DNA of 63,923 nucleotides, filler included, from an uncultured Methanosarcinales archaeon (GTDB lineage Archaea; Nanobdellota; Nanobdellia; Woesearchaeales; CAZKBD01): the NCBI GenBank assembly GCA_964550945.1. It is 4 parts of 4 records of this genome, joined end to end, with 100 filler letters (N's around TTAATTAATTAA, not from the genome) between each part and the next. Parts side by side here need not be neighbours in the genome. Positions count along the whole stretch, not along the records: positions 54,889 to 63,923 come from CAZKBD010000075.1; 3 more parts are not named here. One strand, given 5' to 3'. Each line of letters starts with the position of its first letter. Position 1 is the stretch's first letter. The position numbers and the translations under genes are program-made. Below are positions 59,883 through 63,923 of the stretch, in pieces. The notes under the pieces were generated by a model. The model saw only the letters and a program-made list of their open reading frames with translations. It had not been told where the DNA came from and did not search any database.

Positions 59883-60518
59883 TTATATAGCCCTCCTGAG
59901 AAGCATCAAAATATCCACGACTCCAGAAATGCAAAGTATTAATGAAATCCAAAAGATAAAATTCTTGAAGACATTATTTTTTATAATTTCTCTATTTATC
60001 AAGAAAGCAAAAGCGATTAACACTATGCCTAAAATTAAAAGACTTATTGTAAAAAAGGTAAAGCCAACTGGTCCGGCCGGGATATAGCCATAAAAAACTA
60101 GATCGAGAGTGAGTAGTATTTCAAATACTCCGCCCAATATTGTGATTATCCAACAAAAAAGATTATTTTGTTTTATATTACTGACACTCATTAAAGAAAT
60201 AATACTGCCGATTAATAGTATAATGGCAAAATAGTAAGATATAGAAAGTATCATAAGCATGCTTATTATGAGGCTAAGCCACGAATACATTTTTGTTTGT
60301 TTGTTGGCTCTTATTCTTAATGACGAGAAGATTAAGAATCCTCCTAACAGCAATCTTATTATGCCCACATAAATAGCCGCCATGGTAACTGTACGTCCTA
60401 TTAAACCACTAGTGATCATCGAAGCCCTTCCTTGCAAGATAAAAGATAAGCCGAGTGATACATAAATAGCCCCAATTATTAGGATGATTATCCAACCCGC
60501 ATTATTTCGCTGATTCAT
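59883..60518 (-). CDS. Polytopic membrane hypothetical protein
   Basis: About 6-7 hydrophobic segments; TATA-like TTTATAAA upstream. Confidence 0.7.
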   Translation of the reverse strand: MNQRNNAGWIIILIIGAIYVSLGLSFILQGRASMITSGLIGRTVTMAAIYVGIIRLLLGGFLIFSSLRIRANKQTKMYSWLSLIISMLMILSISYYFAIILLIGSIISLMSVSNIKQNNLFCWIITILGGVFEILLTLDLVFYGYIPAGPVGFTFFTISLLILGIVLIAFAFLINREIIKNNVFKNFIFWISLILCISGVVDILMLLRRAI

Positions 60519-60711
60519 ATTTATTATATTATTGATTATTATTCCTTTATAAAGTTGTTGATGGCTTTAATTCACATGGAAGCAAGGGGGCAAATTGGAT
60601 ATAACAGTTTATGCACCTCAAACACAGAATTTTATGTTTTTAGCTGCTATAACAGACGAATTTTTAGAATCATAATGTTATTTTATTGTTTATATTCTCC
60701 CTAGAACTCTC

Positions 60712-62640
60712 CTATTTGAGATTGCTTTCCTTATACTCCTCATAATCCATAACCTCAACATTCCATACATAAGAAATCTCTTCAATGCCATCTGTAACAA
60801 CAACTTCAACTTTTTTATTTCCTAAAGCAGTAAACGTCCTTGCATGTTTTGCAGTGGCCTCAAATTTCTCAAACAGGCCAAAATTCCACAAATAGGTTAA
60901 TTCATCATTATCAGGATCCTCTGCATCAATCAAGAACAAAACAGGATTGTCCTTAAAAACAATAATATTCTGCGAAGGGCTGGCATTAACTATCTCAGGC
61001 TTCCTGTTCACATTGTAAACAGTTATATTAGCATATTGTGTAACATTATTCTGGCCGTCACTTGCCATAAATCCAAATGATAGGGTTTTATTTCCTTCTA
61101 TGCTGCTAACTACATCAAAGCTGGGTTTCCAAATAAACAATCCATTTTCAATAATAGCGTCAAAAGGAACACTAATTCCGGAATAGGCAACATCATCCCC
61201 ATCAGGATCCACAGCTTCAAGCTTAACTTTTACCTCCTCACCTTCTTTAGCCCAAGTTGCAGGAATTGCTTTAAAAATAGGAGCTCTATTAACATCCAGA
61301 ATCACAATTTTAACCTCCTTTTGCGTCTCCAATCTGCCATCAGAAGCAATAACTGTAACGCTATATTCTCCGCTATCATCATAATTTGTTAGATACTTGT
61401 TGCTGTCCATAAATCCCCTATACTTTATTGAACCATCATCCCCATCAGGATCATCCGATTTAGCTCCAACATTTATTTCTTCTCCTTCATTAACTGTTAT
61501 AGTATCAGGAGATTCTATCACAGGAGCCCTGTTTACATCATAAACCGTAATCTTAACATCTCTCTCAATCTCAACATCATTGCTTTTTGCTTTAAATTTA
61601 ATCAAAAAACTTTTTCCTAGGATACTGAACTTGTCCATAACTGTATCCATAAAATCCTCTTTTTTAACAGTATCATAGTTAGTCTGCCAGCTGAAAACAT
61701 TTCCCTGGCGATTAGCTCCTTCAGGCATATTCTCTGCGCTAAATGTAATAGCATCATTGTCAGGATCAGTTGCATTCAGGTAGATAACCACTTTTTGGCC
61801 CTCTTGCATAGCAGCATTAGCTATCTTCTGGAAATGCAAAGGCCTGTCTTTCTTTTTTACCGCTATCTTAATATCTCTTGAATCTTCAAATCCTTCGCCT
61901 TTTACACTAACTTTGGCATAATAAACTCCATTATCACCATAATCGGTCTGCCAATGATTATCTTGGTTCAATGGTTCTGATAGGGTATAGCTTAGCCCAT
62001 ATACGCTGAAATCAGGCAATTCTAATCTGGCAACCTCAGTCTCAAAAACCTCAACATCCTTTATCTGGCCTAAAATAGAAGACATATCCACATCATTTAC
62101 ATCAACATCCCATTCCTGAGAGATTGAAAGCTCTCCATCACTTATTATAACTTTTATTTTATGCAAGCCAGCATATTCATAGTTTGGCTTGTAAACAAAA
62201 GAGATTCCTTCTCCAACGCTCTTATCATCAACCTTCCATGTATAACTTAAACTATCCTTATTTGGGTCTTCAGCAGCAATATTAAGCTCCAGGCTTTTTC
62301 CTTCATCAACCTCTAATTCGCTGTCCGCTGGGCTAAAACTATTGATTACTGGCCCAACCTCCTTCTTGTTGATCGCAAGTGTAACATCCTGGGAGCTTGA
62401 AAGCTCTCCATCAGAAACAGTGACTGTAATTTTATACTCGCCAGCATCACCATACTTTGTCTGCCACTTTCCATCAGCATCTAAAGGTGGACTGTAGCTG
62501 TAAACAAGCCTGTCAGCATCTAAATCTGTTGCCGTCGGTTTTAAACTGACAAGATCAGTCTCATTATATTCAAGCCTGACAGCTTCAGCTAAGTAAACAT
62601 TGGCGATTACTATCAGTAGTAATAAAATCCCTCTCTTCAT
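60712..62640 (-). CDS. Secreted/surface protein with tandem Ig-like (cadherin/PKD-like) repeats
   Basis: Signal peptide; repeated AxDPDxDxLxY...WQTxYxDAGxY...VSDG...V.VxNVNRxP units. Confidence 0.85.
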   Translation of the reverse strand: MKRGILLLLIVIANVYLAEAVRLEYNETDLVSLKPTATDLDADRLVYSYSPPLDADGKWQTKYGDAGEYKITVTVSDGELSSSQDVTLAINKKEVGPVINSFSPADSELEVDEGKSLELNIAAEDPNKDSLSYTWKVDDKSVGEGISFVYKPNYEYAGLHKIKVIISDGELSISQEWDVDVNDVDMSSILGQIKDVEVFETEVARLELPDFSVYGLSYTLSEPLNQDNHWQTDYGDNGVYYAKVSVKGEGFEDSRDIKIAVKKKDRPLHFQKIANAAMQEGQKVVIYLNATDPDNDAITFSAENMPEGANRQGNVFSWQTNYDTVKKEDFMDTVMDKFSILGKSFLIKFKAKSNDVEIERDVKITVYDVNRAPVIESPDTITVNEGEEINVGAKSDDPDGDDGSIKYRGFMDSNKYLTNYDDSGEYSVTVIASDGRLETQKEVKIVILDVNRAPIFKAIPATWAKEGEEVKVKLEAVDPDGDDVAYSGISVPFDAIIENGLFIWKPSFDVVSSIEGNKTLSFGFMASDGQNNVTQYANITVYNVNRKPEIVNASPSQNIIVFKDNPVLFLIDAEDPDNDELTYLWNFGLFEKFEATAKHARTFTALGNKKVEVVVTDGIEEISYVWNVEVMDYEEYKESNLK

Positions 62641-62661
62641 TTTCCCCCCAACAAAAGAAAA

Positions 62662-63747
62662 TTAACCTTTAGTGATATCAGCAATTACAGGAGCTCTGTT
62701 GACATTCTCTACAATAACCTTGACATCCTGGCTGACTCCCTCAGTTCCATCGCTGGCTGTAACCTTGATATCATACTCGCCAGCATCATCATATGTTGTA
62801 TCCCAAACCCCATCATCACCAACCGGATCGCTTATTGTGGAAGTTATTGCATCTCCATCTGGGTCAGTTGCCTGAGGGCTAATTTTTACTGTCTCTCCTT
62901 CTTTTACAGTAATATCCTCTATCTTGGCTAATTCAGGTTTTCTGTTGACATTTTCAACGCTGATTGACCATAGTTGTGTTGTTGTTAAAGCGCTGTCTGA
63001 GATATCAAGTTTGACAGTGTGTGATCCAGCATCATCATAAGTGCTTTTATAAGCAAAAGAGTCTGTGCTTGAAACATCAGTTCCATCATACTTCCAGGCA
63101 TAAGTCAAAGGATCGCTGTTTAAATCGCTTGCGCTGACTTTGAAATCTACAGGATCAGTCTCCTTGATTTTTATTGCTGTTGTATCTGGGCTGAATGAGT
63201 CAATCTTAGGCGCTTCATCTTTCTTATTCACTATCAATAAGACATCCTTTGTGCTTGAAAGCTCTCCATCAGAAACAGTGACTGTGATTGTGTACTCGCC
63301 AGCATCACCATACTTTGTCTGCCACTTTCCATCAGCACCTAACGGTGAAGTGTAGGTATAAGCTAATTTATCAGCATCTGGGTCAGAAGCCTTTGGGACC
63401 AAGTTGACCAGATCAGTCTCGCTTGCAATGATTACAATAGCCTTTCCTTCTTGAGCTTCTGCTGCATTTTCCACAACTTCAGTTTCTGTTTTCTCTTCTG
63501 TAACTTCTGTTTTTTCCTCTGTTGCAGGCTCATTGATTGGCGTAGTTTCATTAGCTTCAGGAACTTGTTCAACAATCTCTATTGAAGGCAATGTGTCATT
63601 TGCTTTTTCCTCAATAGGAACATCTCCCAATGATACATAACTTACGTCTTCTCCACCATAGAGATCCTTAATATATTGGCACCCGCCAAAAAGAATAACA
63701 ACTACTAATACCCCTAATAATCTAGCTAAAAACCTCTTTGTAACCAT
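62662..63747 (-). CDS. Lipoprotein with tandem Ig-like repeats
   Basis: Lipobox-like LFGGC, E/T-rich linker, same repeat unit as the neighbouring gene. Confidence 0.85.
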   Translation of the reverse strand: MVTKRFLARLLGVLVVVILFGGCQYIKDLYGGEDVSYVSLGDVPIEEKANDTLPSIEIVEQVPEANETTPINEPATEEKTEVTEEKTETEVVENAAEAQEGKAIVIIASETDLVNLVPKASDPDADKLAYTYTSPLGADGKWQTKYGDAGEYTITVTVSDGELSSTKDVLLIVNKKDEAPKIDSFSPDTTAIKIKETDPVDFKVSASDLNSDPLTYAWKYDGTDVSSTDSFAYKSTYDDAGSHTVKLDISDSALTTTQLWSISVENVNRKPELAKIEDITVKEGETVKISPQATDPDGDAITSTISDPVGDDGVWDTTYDDAGEYDIKVTASDGTEGVSQDVKVIVENVNRAPVIADITKG

Positions 63748-63897
63748 AAATACCCCTCCTTTTTGTTTAATTATTTTTATGTAACTTCCCTTATATATAA
63801 ACTTTTTGGTAGGAAAAGAATGTCTCTATTTAGGAGTTACGTCATTTTCGTCCTCAATAGATTAGGAAAAGAAGAATAACATATAATCAGAAAAAAA

Positions 63898-63923
63898 TGG
63901 CCCCGCGGAGATTCGAACTCCGG
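63898..63923 (-). tRNA. 3' end of a tRNA (identity undetermined, truncated by window)
   Basis: Minus strand CCGGAG-TTCGAAT-CTCCG-CGGGGCC-A: T arm plus acceptor 3' strand followed by oligo-T. Confidence 0.85.

Noticed and set aside
1054..63355. Numerous short ORFs antisense or frame-shifted within long genes (e.g. 6220-6663, 27239-27790, 47589-48170, 57781-58317)
   Set aside because: Shadow ORFs of well-supported genes, with Ser/Phe/Leu-rich composition typical of reverse-complemented AT-rich coding DNA.
1..63923. CRISPR array, cas genes, transposases, integrases, reverse transcriptases
   Set aside because: No regularly spaced repeats or recognisable motifs seen in the window.

Overview
Low-GC archaeal genome segment, most consistent with a DPANN (Woesearchaeota-like) metagenome-assembled genome. 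Archaeal markers are a histone, aIF-5A, L40e, NreA, an A-type ATP synthase and TATA boxes about 22-23 nt before start codons. It is four contigs joined by N-gaps with an artificial TTAATTAATTAA linker (18313-18412, 36594-36693, 54789-54888), so adjacency across gaps is not meaningful. Housekeeping content: compact alaS, rsmI, nth, folC, glgC, a membrane pyrophosphatase divergent from a complete Na+-type A/V ATPase operon, gcvPA/PB, a nucleotide-sugar/glycosyltransferase cluster and two Ig-repeat surface proteins. The most unusual signal is a set of small hairpin insertions or introns: a tRNA-Gly(TCC) with two BHB-type introns and a duplicated 5' end, a 5S rRNA with a 27-nt intron-like insert next to a free-standing LAGLIDADG gene, and a 152-nt double hairpin separating a promoter-positioned ATG from a metallopeptidase ORF. 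Also notable are an IMPase-like/Ser-Thr kinase/HD fusion, an archaeal GAF-GGDEF protein with a ~100-aa insertion, a half Hel308 helicase with its own promoter, and a gene flanked by 13-bp inverted repeats. All family calls come from motif recognition, not database searches.
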